A DNA stretch of 57,519 bases, the filler included, from Sphacelaria rigidula (taxonomy: Eukaryota), in assembly GCA_964200075.2 (NCBI GenBank). It is 7 parts of 7 records of this genome, joined end to end, with 100 filler letters (N's around TTAATTAATTAA, not from the genome) between each part and the next. Parts side by side here need not be neighbours in the genome. Positions count along the whole stretch, not along the records: positions 24,696 to 32,826 come from CAXNAA020012187.1; positions 32,927 to 41,057 come from CAXNAA020012188.1; 5 more parts are not named here. One strand, written 5' to 3'. Under the pieces are notes generated by a model. That model was not told where the DNA came from, ran no database searches, and saw nothing but the letters and a program-made list of their open reading frames with translations. Numbering within the stretch: position 1 is the first letter of the stretch; each line of letters opens with the position of its first letter. The translations under genes were made by a program, and so were the position numbers. This document shows positions 24,696-36,010 of this stretch, in pieces.

Positions 24696-27600
24696 CCGCG
24701 AGACCAAAATGAAAGGCGCGTACCAGGGGAGAGACGGGTTGATCTCTTGAGACCACGGACTCTTCCTGAAGAAGGGGAGGGTGTCATGAAGACGCATATT
24801 AGCCTGTTGACATGCCGCTTCAGACCCGCTGTCGCCTCTGGCTATGGCTTGCTTGTGTTTCGGTAGCCAATGTTGCAGGTCTGTTCAGAGTTGGTTGGGT
24901 ACGAATGTGGACCTGTATAATTACAGGGATGATACTGGCTTTGGTCGCTTTCTCAGGGCGGCGGGCCCATGGGTACGGGCCAAACTATATAACGCATATA
25001 CTAATTTCAAGTAATTCCATTCAAATTATTACCAGTCCCTCTACATTATATAACGCATTATATAACGCAAACTTGATTTTAGTATAGACTCCGTCATACT
25101 CGTGATCACGGGCCTTCTGGTCCCCGCAGCCACTGCAGCCACAGCAGCCACAGTACAGGACTGTACTGTGCTGCGGAAAGATGGTATCCAGGACACCAAC
25201 GGCCCCACAAGGAATGCTTTGTCTTTCTGTATACGGGTTGGTGTCCCCAACGTTTGCTATGAGCGTCGTCGTGCCTGCGGTATTGTTGCGGCGGCGGGGG
25301 CCGGCATTGCAGTCTCCATTTTTTGCGCTGAGCTAGCTTTCGCCTCCTGCACCCTGCACGGCTTTGGATACGGGGCATGAGATAAGGCGGTGCTATCGTT
25401 GTCGGTGTGCGTTGCTTCATGCTCTCTGATGGCATAACCCCAGAAAAGAACTGTATCGGCATTAATGCTGCTACTTTAGCTCTCTACTGTTGGCCGTTGT
25501 GCTTTTGTTCGGGATGGCTCGTGTTGAGCTGTGCCGCACAGACAGTACTCACGCGATGCCGACCGCCTGGCCAGGGTTGGCGCACCTTGCGGTGAAAATA
25601 CGGTTGGTACCGCGACAGAAATTGTTTGGAGATGCAATGGCGAAGACGACCAAATACTCTTACACACGGGACATCAGACAGCTAACGCAAACATGCATCC
25701 CTCTTTCATGTGTGATCCCGTGTGCCAGAGCACCGCCCTCCTTCGAAGGTATGCCGTGTAAGCTCGTTTCGAAGGTATGCCGTATAAGCTCGTTTCATGA
25801 TGACATGGTGCCTGTGAAAATATCATCGATGTACTGAACTGTTCTGGGCTGTAGCCAGCTAGCGGAGGGAAATGAAGCCCAGGCCGGGCCTGGACAGAAA
25901 AAAAAATCCAAACAATTCAATCTTATTGCCCTCTCTGCGGTACATGGGGCTTGAGTAGCGCACGTGTGTCCATCAACACAGAAATTTAGGGTTAAATCCG
26001 TTCGAGAATCATGGAAAACAACGAAAAAATCGATGATTTTAGTTTAATTATTATATAACGACCCGTACCCATGAATTCGGTGCCTGTTCTCACGACCAAA
26101 GCTCCCACCATCAATCACTACCTACTGCTCCACCACTGCATCCCAGCAGAAAGAAGTCTAAGCATCGGTGAGACATATTCGGCTGATTGATTGGATACTG
26201 GAGTTAGAAACAAGGCAATCAAGGAAAAGTTGAAAGGACCATCGCGTGAATTACCTGTTTGATACTCGGGCGCCGAGCCGTGTGCGGTTTCTACTAGCTG
26301 TAGCAACCTAGGGTTGTGTGCTGTGTGCTTGCCTCGTCAGCTTGTGCCTCAGATTGCAAGCTGTGTCCTCGGTTTAATAGCACTACAGCTCTTCATTACA
26401 TTTGCGTTTGACTAAGGAGCTTCTTCTTTGCAATGGCGTTTCCTTCTTGATACCGATTTGTATCCCTGCCGTCCAGCTTTGTGACCACTTTGCCCCCTTC
26501 TTTTTTCTTCGGTACAGTATATAGTCGAACGTATCCCTCTTGATAGTCAGCAGCTTCTACAAGCTTTTGCCCTGTTTCCCTTGGTAAAGAGTATTCGTGC
26601 CCTGCTACTCGCAACTTGCTGCAGTGCTTGATTGCACATCTTGTGCTGCGTGGGTTCAACGCGCACCGCTTGATTTTCAACGCGCACCGCTTGCTATTCT
26701 TGCCCTGTTGTCATTTTGTGTCATATACACCTGCACAACGCCACACGGTATAAGTTGGACTCAGTCAGGCACGATCACGCGCCACGCCATCGTTGGCTCG
26801 CGTATTTGGTCTTGTTGCCCCCTTTTCTTCTGCCAGGAGAAGTCGTCTAATACAGGTTTGTACAGAACACCAGTGCACAAGACGCGCTGTTGTTCATAGC
26901 CAGCCGCTGTCCCTGATCTGGGCTCCTGCCACGTCAGTACTCTGTTGCTCTTATTTTTTCAGTATCGATTGTACGCGACCGTTGTATCTTTCCTTCACGA
27001 AATTACTGAACAAGTACAACCGTGCTCCCACAAAGTGAACACGGACATTTGTACACGAAATTTGGACCGTTCCGGCACTTTAGCTTTGTTGCTCGTAGCT
27101 ACTTTGTTGTTGTTGTCCTCTTCTGTACTTCGCACAACCGTTGAGCAACACGGTACATCACTTTAGTAGTAACAATACACAGCACAACGTACTGTGAGTT
27201 TCTTCTCCTTTGACCGCCTCTCGAACGAACAATTGTGTTGTTCCGAGCCGGTTTCCTTGCGACAATACTCGGTAAAACATTTCAAATCTACGTTGCGTGC
27301 TCATTTGAACAGACAGCACTCGAAACCAGTGTCCCTTGCCTGTGCACTACAATTTTGTCGGCACCCACTCTCAGCGTTGCCCTTGTTGTGAACCACGTCA
27401 CCTTTGTTCCACATACATACGTTGCATCAACTCCGTTGTGTAACAAGCCTTCGCTCTGCACTACGCAGTCCGATGTCGCGGTCTACATCTCAAGCTTTGT
27501 AAAAGCTTTTGTGCTGCCTCACGCTGCACAATTTTCGTGCTCATCTGAAAGCAAGCAACTTTTTCATTTACACATCACCAGTCGTTCTTCAGATTGTGCC

Positions 27601-28021
27601 GGGATAATATAGTTATAGTCTGCATGTGACGACACACCCGGAACACGTGTAAGTTGTACGATTTTCACGTACCAACGCTATTACAGACAATCGGGTCTTC
27701 GCTTTTCTTCGACGACATTGGTCTGTTTTGTACCAATCCCGAGATCCGTTGATGGCTATTACCGCAACAACTTAATCAAGTTGTATTGACCAGACCCCGG
27801 ACATAGTTGTTACATACAGAAACTCGCTTGAACAAATTACTCAAGTGAATCAGGTCCCACGGTCCTCTCAGGCGCTATTAGGCTTCGTTATCCCGTATTT
27901 CCGGCTACAAGCTTCGGCGTTTGCACGTAGAATCTCTTGGTGTCACGCTCCTTTGATTAGAGCCCGTAGAACAGACACACTGCCCCTGCCTTTTTAAGCA
28001 CAAAGGTTGCGTACGATTATC

Positions 28022-31000
28022 ATGTCGCACAGAAATAACGCTGGCTCTTCCCCCCAATGGGGAAACCAATCGCTTCGTCGGACCCGGAGTCAAACTACTG
28101 GCGGTTCAAAATCTTTCAAGATGAATGTGACGTCACCGCCAACTCGTCGCCGCATGTATGCGAGCGCTGTTCGATCTTCGGGATCTGAAGACCAACTTTC
28201 GAGCGATGCCCGTTCTTCAAGGCTTGAAGACACGACTTTGACGCCGAGACCTGTTCTCTCACGTTCCGACTCGGACCGAGAGGACAAGGTAGTGCAACCG
28301 GCTGAGTCATTGCTTTCTGACGGAAAAGTCAGTGGGCCCATAACGGTGGATTCCGTTCCACCCCCCTTGCTACGTTCTGTTCGTCCGAATCCCAATGTGG
28401 AATCAGAAGTCAGGATTGTGCCCCCAGCTGAGTCGTTGCCCCTGGGCACACGTGTCCAGCTTGGCCCTGTAACGGTTGCTTTAACCGTGGCACCCCGTCG
28501 TTTGACGGCTGACAACTCTCGAGGCGATTCTGCTTACGAAGCTTATCGCTTCTGGAGCAAGAGACTTTGTCACACGGGCTGCTTCCGTTACGGACCCCCT
28601 TCGCACGACTCTCGATAGTCCCATGCGCCCTACTGCACAGTCTAATGCCGAACCGGCAGTTGCGTTCATGCATGCTGCCATACAAACTCTGCATCGCACC
28701 TCATCGGCGTCTTCGCCATCGCCAGCGCCAGCTCTAATCGAGGCATTTACGGCTTTTTGCCACGCCACGCTACAAGATCAACTGGCGTCTGCTCATGTGC
28801 AGTTCAGTGATGATTCTGCACCTGCCACGCCCAAACCCGTATGTCTGGAGCCCCGTTCAGCGATATCGCGCTCTCCGTTCGTCACTCATGACAAGTTCAA
28901 TGAACATGGGTCCAGCCCTTCCTCAACGTCGCACCAGAGCCTTACTCGCGCTTGTAACCGGCGCCGCACACTGAGACTTGGTCACGACCACGTCTCCCGT
29001 TCTGGCAGTTCTAAGGGCAAGTCCCAGCAAAGCTTGAATTCATTACGCGTTTCTACACGCCCGAAGAACATCACTCATGGTTACACTTATGACGGTAGTT
29101 CCCGTCACAGTTCCAATTCATCGCGCGCTCCGAAGCGCCCGGTGAATGCTGACTGTGAACGTACTCACGAGGATGCCTCGCGGCACATATCAAGTTCTTC
29201 GCGCGTTCACTCGCGCTCAATAAACACCGATCATGCACCCTCGCGCACCTCTCCTGCTCCGCATCTGTCACGCAGCCGTCATGTACGCAATTATAACACT
29301 GTACATACTGATGATTTCCAAAACATATTTCCGGACATGTCACCGGCTCCGGAATCCTCCGTTGAAGGATCCGGCCGCACCTCATCGCAAAACCAACGAC
29401 CACGCACTGACCGCGAACCACCTTCCCGCTCCGATGCTGCGCTTATTTGTTCTCTTCAACAACGCTTGACAGAACTTGAGAGACAACTGTCTACCATGGG
29501 CACTTCCATATCCGCTGCCGCCGCCATGAAGCCCGCTGGCGCTCCTGCAGCTACTGCTGCCGCTACCGTGGCCGCTGCGCCTTCAGCCGCCCCCGCGACG
29601 GCTCCTCCAACCGCCGCCGCTCCGTCTGCCGTCGACACGAACGCCGATCGTGGTCCCACCACTGCCCCCGAGCGCTCGCTCCCGTCCGTGGAGGTTTATC
29701 CCTCCGCTCGGCGACGAGCACTGCCCCACCGCCCTGCTTTTATGGCTGTTCACCAACCGACCCCGTGCGGAACAGCAGCAATCAATCGATGACTGCATCG
29801 AAGGCGCCTGCATTGGCCCAGAACATACTTGGTCAGCAACGTGACGCCGCCGCTGCCCGCCTCCTTCTGGAGGAGCACGCAGATACGCTCAAAGATCTTC
29901 AGCGGCAGGCCTCCCATGCCTAATCCACGAGCACGGCGGCGCACCGAGCGCTGCAGGAGGGCCGTACTGCGGCCGTGGCGGTCCAGAGACGGGCTCGAAG
30001 ATCATGTTCGGCGGACGACTCAAGCAGCGGACTCGTCGGTGGCGCGCCTATCCGATCATCAAGCCTCTCCGTCTTCCGCCAACCACGTGCTCAGAACCCA
30101 CCTGCCGACGCCCAACAGATCGCCTTACGTTATTCCACGCAAGTCCGACAGGGCGTCGTCTGCTGCGGCCCCTGCCGCCAGCACGACGCATCCAACACCG
30201 CTACCGCAAGAAGTTAGCTCGGTGCCGAGCGCTGTTTCGGTGCAAGACTTGCGACTCGTGTCCCACGAACGAGAATGGCTTTCTCGTCCTGTGACCACTT
30301 ATACCGGTCCTTTTGAACGCCGAAACCACCTCCACTGTTCCCAAAACGCATGGTCCGTGTTCTCACAACGTATGTTCTACGCTGTGGGGGTTTACGTCGA
30401 ACAAAACGGCTTCCTCCCCAAACAGGGCGTCTCGGTGCTCACCTTGGGCCAACTGGTCCTGCAGACAATCATTGGCAGTCACCGGGATCACCAAACTTGC
30501 GTTGACGCGGTCATCCAACTTTTTGCGGCGCTTCGCGCCGCCTACAACACTTATCATCTCGGCGCCACCATCGACGGAGACGAGAATGAAAATGGGTGGA
30601 CTCCCGTAACATCCAATTGCTGGGGTCAGAAGAAGAATCACAGGCGCGACGACGATGACCACGATGGAGGGAATTCACACCGCTGCCATGCTGGTGGGGG
30701 ATCCTCTTCGGGCGGTTCCGGACCGGACCGCCCGCCTCGCAAACCGCACCAAACAAAACACGGAGGTAATTCCTCCGGTTCATGGGCACCCGGCTGGAAC
30801 AAGTCTGACACAGATTTTCCCGCTTCGTGCTGGGCGACCCCCAGGCAAGTGATTCCTAAGTTAGCTGATGTTTCGGCCCGCGTTCCAGGTTTTTCCGATA
30901 CGGATACACCTGACCGTTCTTTGTCTTCTACTGCAGCCCGCGCCTAAGCAACCGCTGCGGCTGACAACGAACGTTCCGAAGCTAGCAAAAAAGCAGCTTC

Positions 31001-32570
31001 CGATAGAGCTGAGTCTGCCCGAGTAGCTGCAATACGGAGACAGTATATTCAGATGGATGTGAAACAACTCTGGCACATCAAAACCATGCCTGCCGCGGAT
31101 AACGAAGATTCGGGCCAGTTTACTTCTGCCCTCATCACGTCCATCCGCCGCACTGTTTGTAACATCCTTCACTTGGCGGATGTGAATGGCACACAACGTT
31201 TCGAAGATTCCGACTGGGTAGAGGGCTGGCAGACTCCCTTGCACAAAGCGATGCATCGATCGATCAGCCGCCGCTCTCCCGACCTCACTGCTTCCTTAAC
31301 GCAGGTTCTCGACGGCTTCCTCGCCGAGATGGACCCGGACCGTGCCAAGGGGAAGACAGGCCCGGTATTACTCTTTGATTTGGAGAGGCGTCTGATCGGT
31401 TATTTCGATAAAGGTGACCAGGCCAGTGCCATCCAGAGGCTGAGCTCTTTTGTCGTCGCCTCTGATGTTCCCTTCGCGGATTATCTCCGCGAATTTAAGC
31501 TTTTGGTTTCGGGTACGACGGGTGTCGGACGCCAGAACGGACCAAGCGACGCAATGTCTCAGACTTATGTTCGCAATAGCGTTGCTCAACAGTATCCGGC
31601 TCTGATGTCGTCGTTGTTTCCGGGTGTCTTGGCGCATCGCGAGGTGCCTTACGCCTCCGTTGATACTACGTGGTCTGCTTTTGTACACCAAGAGGGTAAT
31701 CTAGCGCCTGCCATACGTGGCAAACCTTCAACGTATGTGCGTTCACAAACTACGGTTGTATCCTGCGCCCATGCTCAAGGGGCTCGTGGCGGGAATTCGA
31801 GCTCGTCTCGCGCGTCATGGACCCCCGACTCAGTCGCCGGTTGAGTTATGCATGTTCAGGGTACCAGAGATGCACTTAGAGCAAGTTTTGATGGCTGGCC
31901 GTTCTACGAGGGAACTTGGGATGATATTTATTTGTCTTCAACAACGGCATTCATAACCGATGACCCCTATTTGTAGAACCCACTTCTTTCGTCTTCCGCT
32001 AGACGCACTGCCTTCAGCAGCCATGCCAACAGTTGCATCAACTAAAGTGTTCAAGGCCACAACATGCGCGAGTGTGACAGTCCATGCATCAATGCCTTTG
32101 ATCTTATGAACCCGGAATTGCAGGACAATGAACCCGCGTGGCGCCGATGGCAAAAACGCATGCGCGACCATCGTCCACCAACTCGAAATTACCGCAACAA
32201 TTCGAACCAAAGTGACAACAAAAGCTCTAATCGCGGTCGCCGACACAACAACAATCACGGAAGCCCTCGCCAGAGTGATCAAAATTCTTGCGACAACAAA
32301 CGTTCCGCTGATAGACATCAGCGGACGGGACCGACACAAAGTTCTAATCCCAACACTAGAACCCCTGGTATCTTCACTACGGATCGCTTAGATCCATGAC
32401 GTGCCGACGCCGGCGTTCTTCGGTCTTCCACGCCGTCGATAGCACGAGCGAAGACTTTTTCAACATAGCCCGCGGAGTCCGTGTTTAAAATTGCTCACGC
32501 CACTCCCCCGGCACTATCCAGCAGCGTAACTGATGGCCCTTCGTATCGACCTCCATCTCCACCCTCCACA
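28022..32570 (+). mobile_element. Decayed Ty3/Gypsy retrotransposon: very long gag with CCHC knuckle, UGA, start of pol
   Basis: From ~30080 onward colinear with 36011-38500, which continues into protease and RT; knuckle CIN*SVQGHNMREC near 32035-32076; copy-specific stops and frameshifts. Confidence 0.8.
32397..32456 (+). promoter_or_regulatory. Candidate gag-pol UGA readthrough signal (stop + pseudoknot), copy 1
   Basis: TGA 32397-32399; CGGCGT(32411-16)/ACGCCG(32430-35); GTCTTC(32423-28)/GAAGAC(32450-55); conserved at 38329. Confidence 0.6.
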
Positions 32571-32826
32571 CAATGCACCGAAAACCGGGTCTCGCGTACA
32601 ACAGGCTCACAAGCCTTTTCATGGCCGAGAAAAAAAGCATCCGCAAGTCGTTCGAACGCCTGCTACTGCTCAACCATTCGCTGGAGGAGCAGAAAAAGTC
32701 GCTCCAGGCTCTTCACCACGCGGGGACTTTTCCCAAAAGTCTCACGATTCAGCCCGCAACAAGTCGAGTTCGAGCAGAGTTACCCTATATAGATGGAGGT
32801 AGAGCTTATGAACAAATGCTTGCCGA

Positions 32827-32926
32827 NNNNNNNNNNNNNNNNNNNNNNNNNNNNNNNNNNNNNNNNNNNNTTAATTAATTAANNNNNNNNNNNNNNNNNN
32901 NNNNNNNNNNNNNNNNNNNNNNNNNN
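32827..32926. other. Artificial contig spacer
   Basis: Same 100-bp structure. Confidence 0.98.
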
Positions 32927-33114
32927 GGCGCGGGCGCCCCAGCCGCGCGGCAAGCAGGCGACGGCGGACCGCCCCCCCCCCCCCCCCACCCACCCACGCC
33001 GGCGGTGGGTGTAAGCATGATCATGAGTACACCCACCCACGCCGGCCTCGTCATTTCCTTTGACCTCATTTGTTTTGCTTCCCCGGCCTCCATTTTTCCC
33101 CCAGCAGCCTATCA

Positions 33115-33160
33115 GTCTGATCCGGCTAGAATCCGGCGTGCTCCGTCCCGGCTTTGTAGA
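33115..33160 (-). repeat. Partial copy of the CTACAAAGCCGGGACGGAGCACGCCGG repeat family
   Basis: Reverse complement shares this core with 1209 and 49471-49522. Confidence 0.75.
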
Positions 33161-33586
33161 AGCGAACCCTCGATTGAGTTGGCGTCGGTTTGCGATGATG
33201 CTATAAATTGCATATGTTTTGAATATAATACTCTGCGTGCACAGCTGGGTATAGTGGTCAAACTTTATACAAAACATGCTCGGTTGACAGCCATTTTTTC
33301 AGATGTTTCGGTTACCACGAGTCATCACAGTTTTCGGTTGACCCCAAACTTTGGGAACTGAGAGACATGAGTATACCCGACACAACTTTGTAGAAAAGAA
33401 TATTATCAACGACCATTTATTTTTAAACGAAACAAGGGGTCACCAGCCTCGGGGGTCCTCCAAGTGTACAGCTCCCGGTTCTCGTTCTTCGATAATATCG
33501 CTCGACTGAACCGATTCGGATCATTACAATGAACAATTCGGTGCCTTCAATTTTTCTGTTTTCTCAGTATTCATTGCGCCACAGCC

Positions 33587-35509
33587 GAAAACCCGTACTT
33601 TTCTGCTATATGCGGTCAATAACACCCCTCGATATACGGGTTTTCACTCCGTATCGTTTCGGCAACACAAAATTGGCACGAGCTGGTCCAGCCTAGAAGC
33701 GGACTTGTGGGTTGCAGGCCCCGCCTCTACTCAATTTTGATAGTTGGACTTTCAAATGCGGTACAGAAAATAAGTACTGCATGATGAAGGAAAAAAATCG
33801 GGACGATGAGTATTCATTTTTCATGAATTGAAGGCAATAACCAGTATACCACTTTCAGTGAAATATCCGTTGATTCATGAAAAACAAAATTACCCATCGT
33901 CCCGAGTTTTTTCTTTCACCATGCCCAATTCATTTTCCGTACCAAATTCGAAGGCCAAGTCTCAAAATGGAGGTGAGGCAGGGCAATTGCGAAACCGGGC
34001 CGGTCGAAATTCGGAACAGTATTTTGCAGGTCACTTACCGGCCCAGGTTTACGTTGTCAAATTTTGTGTGGGACCTGACTAGGGCATACAAAATAACAGC
34101 CGATCATCGAAAATGAGGATAGAGCTTTGCCTTGAGGATTGGAACCCGGAGGATTAAAATCTTTGCATCCACACCAAACCTTCGGAATATTATTTCACTC
34201 CCTCACCTACTGATGGCTCATGACAACTACTGCACGCCCTACGAACTTGGACTTCGATAACCGAAATGTTGGGGTCCGAGGTGAAGAAACAGTTTTGGGG
34301 AATTTGGGTGATTCGATCGGATCGCCGAAACTCCCCGAAATTGGTTCTTCACCTAGGACCCCAACATTTCGGGTATCGAAACCCAAACTTGTATGGCGTG
34401 TAGTACTTGTTGTCAATAGCTACCTGTAAGCGAAGGAATGGAACCATTTTTCGAAGATTTGGTGTGGATACGAAGATTTCAATTCTCCGGGTTATCATCC
34501 TCAATGAAAAGCTCCATCCTAAATCTCGATGATTGGCTCTTGAATAATGAAGCGGGTTGCTTTTTGATTTTTTTCCATGAGTTAATTAAGCACGTTTTAT
34601 TACGAGAACGTCCTTTACTCTCGAGAAAAAAACGAAGGCCCACTTTACTTCCATTTTCAGCATTCTTCCGCGGATCTCCATGCTACGTTGCAAATCACGA
34701 TTCTATGAATTGCGCTGAAGAATGATATAAGGACCGAGAGTAAATCCATGAAATAACAACCGATCCTCAAAAATGGGGTCGAACACAAAAATGAGGTTCA
34801 ACTGGCATAACTAATTTTCAGGTATGGCGCGAAACAGTTACATCAAGGGAAAGCATCTTCCCCCCGAAAACATTTGTAGCAGTGTATTTCTCAATTTTTT
34901 GTTCAACACCATTTTTGAGCATCCGCTGTTGTTCCAAGGAAAAAAATAGCATGTAACCAATACTGAGTGATTTACGGGAGGACCGGTCATCGGGGGTCCC
35001 GCCACTTTTCAGCCCAGATCAGATTCTGACTCTTCGAACAGCCGTTCCTAAAAATTGGGATCCAACGCTGAAATGAGGTTCAACTCGCTTTCGAAAAAAC
35101 GAGAATTCACGTCAGGCTGCTCCTTACAGCAAACAAACAAAAAAGTCCTGTAAGGCTCTTTGGGAACCGTTCAAAACTCCTGTTCAGAACTGCCTTTTTG
35201 ACCCATGTCCGGCGTTTTACGCCTGAAAAGAGGGTCAGGCGGATGTTGATGCCTTGGAATGACTTCCTTGCTCTATTTAGCGAGGTCGTTCCTCTTTTCA
35301 TCAAGGAAAAAAAAAGGAGGTCGTTTCAGGGCAACTTTGCATTTCCCGCTGGCCGCACTTTCATTTTGAGCCAAACACGGGCTTTCAACAAAAAACGGTC
35401 AAGCGATAAAAAAACAGGGGGAAATTTGACCACTTGACCGTTTTTTACTAAAAATCCGTATTTAGCCTCATGTGGCAAAAAAAACAAATGTGCGGTCAGC
35501 GGGAAATGC
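33587..35509. repeat. Cluster of at least six consecutive inverted repeats, including a ~440-bp imperfect palindrome
   Basis: Hairpins at 33587-33645, 33760-33943, 33992-34050, 34098-34538, 34755-34933 and 35339-35509. Confidence 0.85.
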
Positions 35510-35511
35510 CA

Positions 35512-35992
35512 TGAGATGAAGAGGCGTTTGCAGTACTTCCTTCCTCAGACTCGCAGGCCACGAGCATTGTGTAGATATAGAATTTGTATGTGTAGATACA
35601 CGGAACCTCGGAGAGGTTCCGTGGGGCAGATACGCTTTGGGGCAGGTGTCGATCACATTGGTGTTCCCCAAATCCCGAGGTGCTACACGCCTCTGAGAGT
35701 AGACGGTCAGTTGAGGGAGAGATTTCGACCTCCCCTCCCCCACGTCCATCACTCTCTCAGCGTGGACACTCAGCCGTCAGCCACTGCACTGCCTCAGGTG
35801 ATTATTGGTGAAAGCTGGAACTAATAAAGGGAGAATCAGCTTCCTGTTTGAGCTTTCTATTCGATCCAATAGGTGCGAGAACCCTTTGCGCGTGAATCTT
35901 TGGAGTACCGGACACTCCACTCCTTTGTGTTAATGCTGTACAGAGTAGGGTTGGCTGATACACAAGACGCTAGCTTAGCCAACTCCGTCACA
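35512..35992 (+). mobile_element. Probable LTR
   Basis: Ends ...TCCGTCACA two nt before a PBS-like TGG; AATAAA at 35823; the 5' end (TGAGATGAA) is only a degenerate inverted match, so the start is uncertain. Confidence 0.5.
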
Positions 35993-35994
35993 GT

Positions 35995-36010
35995 TGGTGT
36001 CGACAGTAGG
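35995..36010 (+). promoter_or_regulatory. Primer-binding-site-like sequence TGGTGTCGACAGTAGG (tRNA-Ser-like)
   Basis: TGG follows CA+2 nt; complementary, with two transitions, to a eukaryotic tRNA-Ser-type 3' end CCTGCTGTCGACGCCA (recalled, not searched). Confidence 0.5.

Noticed and set aside
26396-26680. Lys-rich, coding-looking minus-strand ORF
   Set aside because: No recognisable motif or clear splice sites
27938-27951. TGGTGTCACGCTCC as PBS of the contig-4 Gypsy
   Set aside because: Only ~10 nt resemble a tRNA-Ser PBS and no LTR-ending CA lies immediately upstream
32573-32826. Protein-like ORF start (...SLQALHHAGTFPKSLTI...) replacing Gypsy pol at the contig end
   Set aside because: Truncated by the spacer with no diagnostic motif; may begin another element but cannot be assigned
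34207-34429. Pair of similar ORFs on opposite strands
   Set aside because: A by-product of the DNA palindrome, not genes
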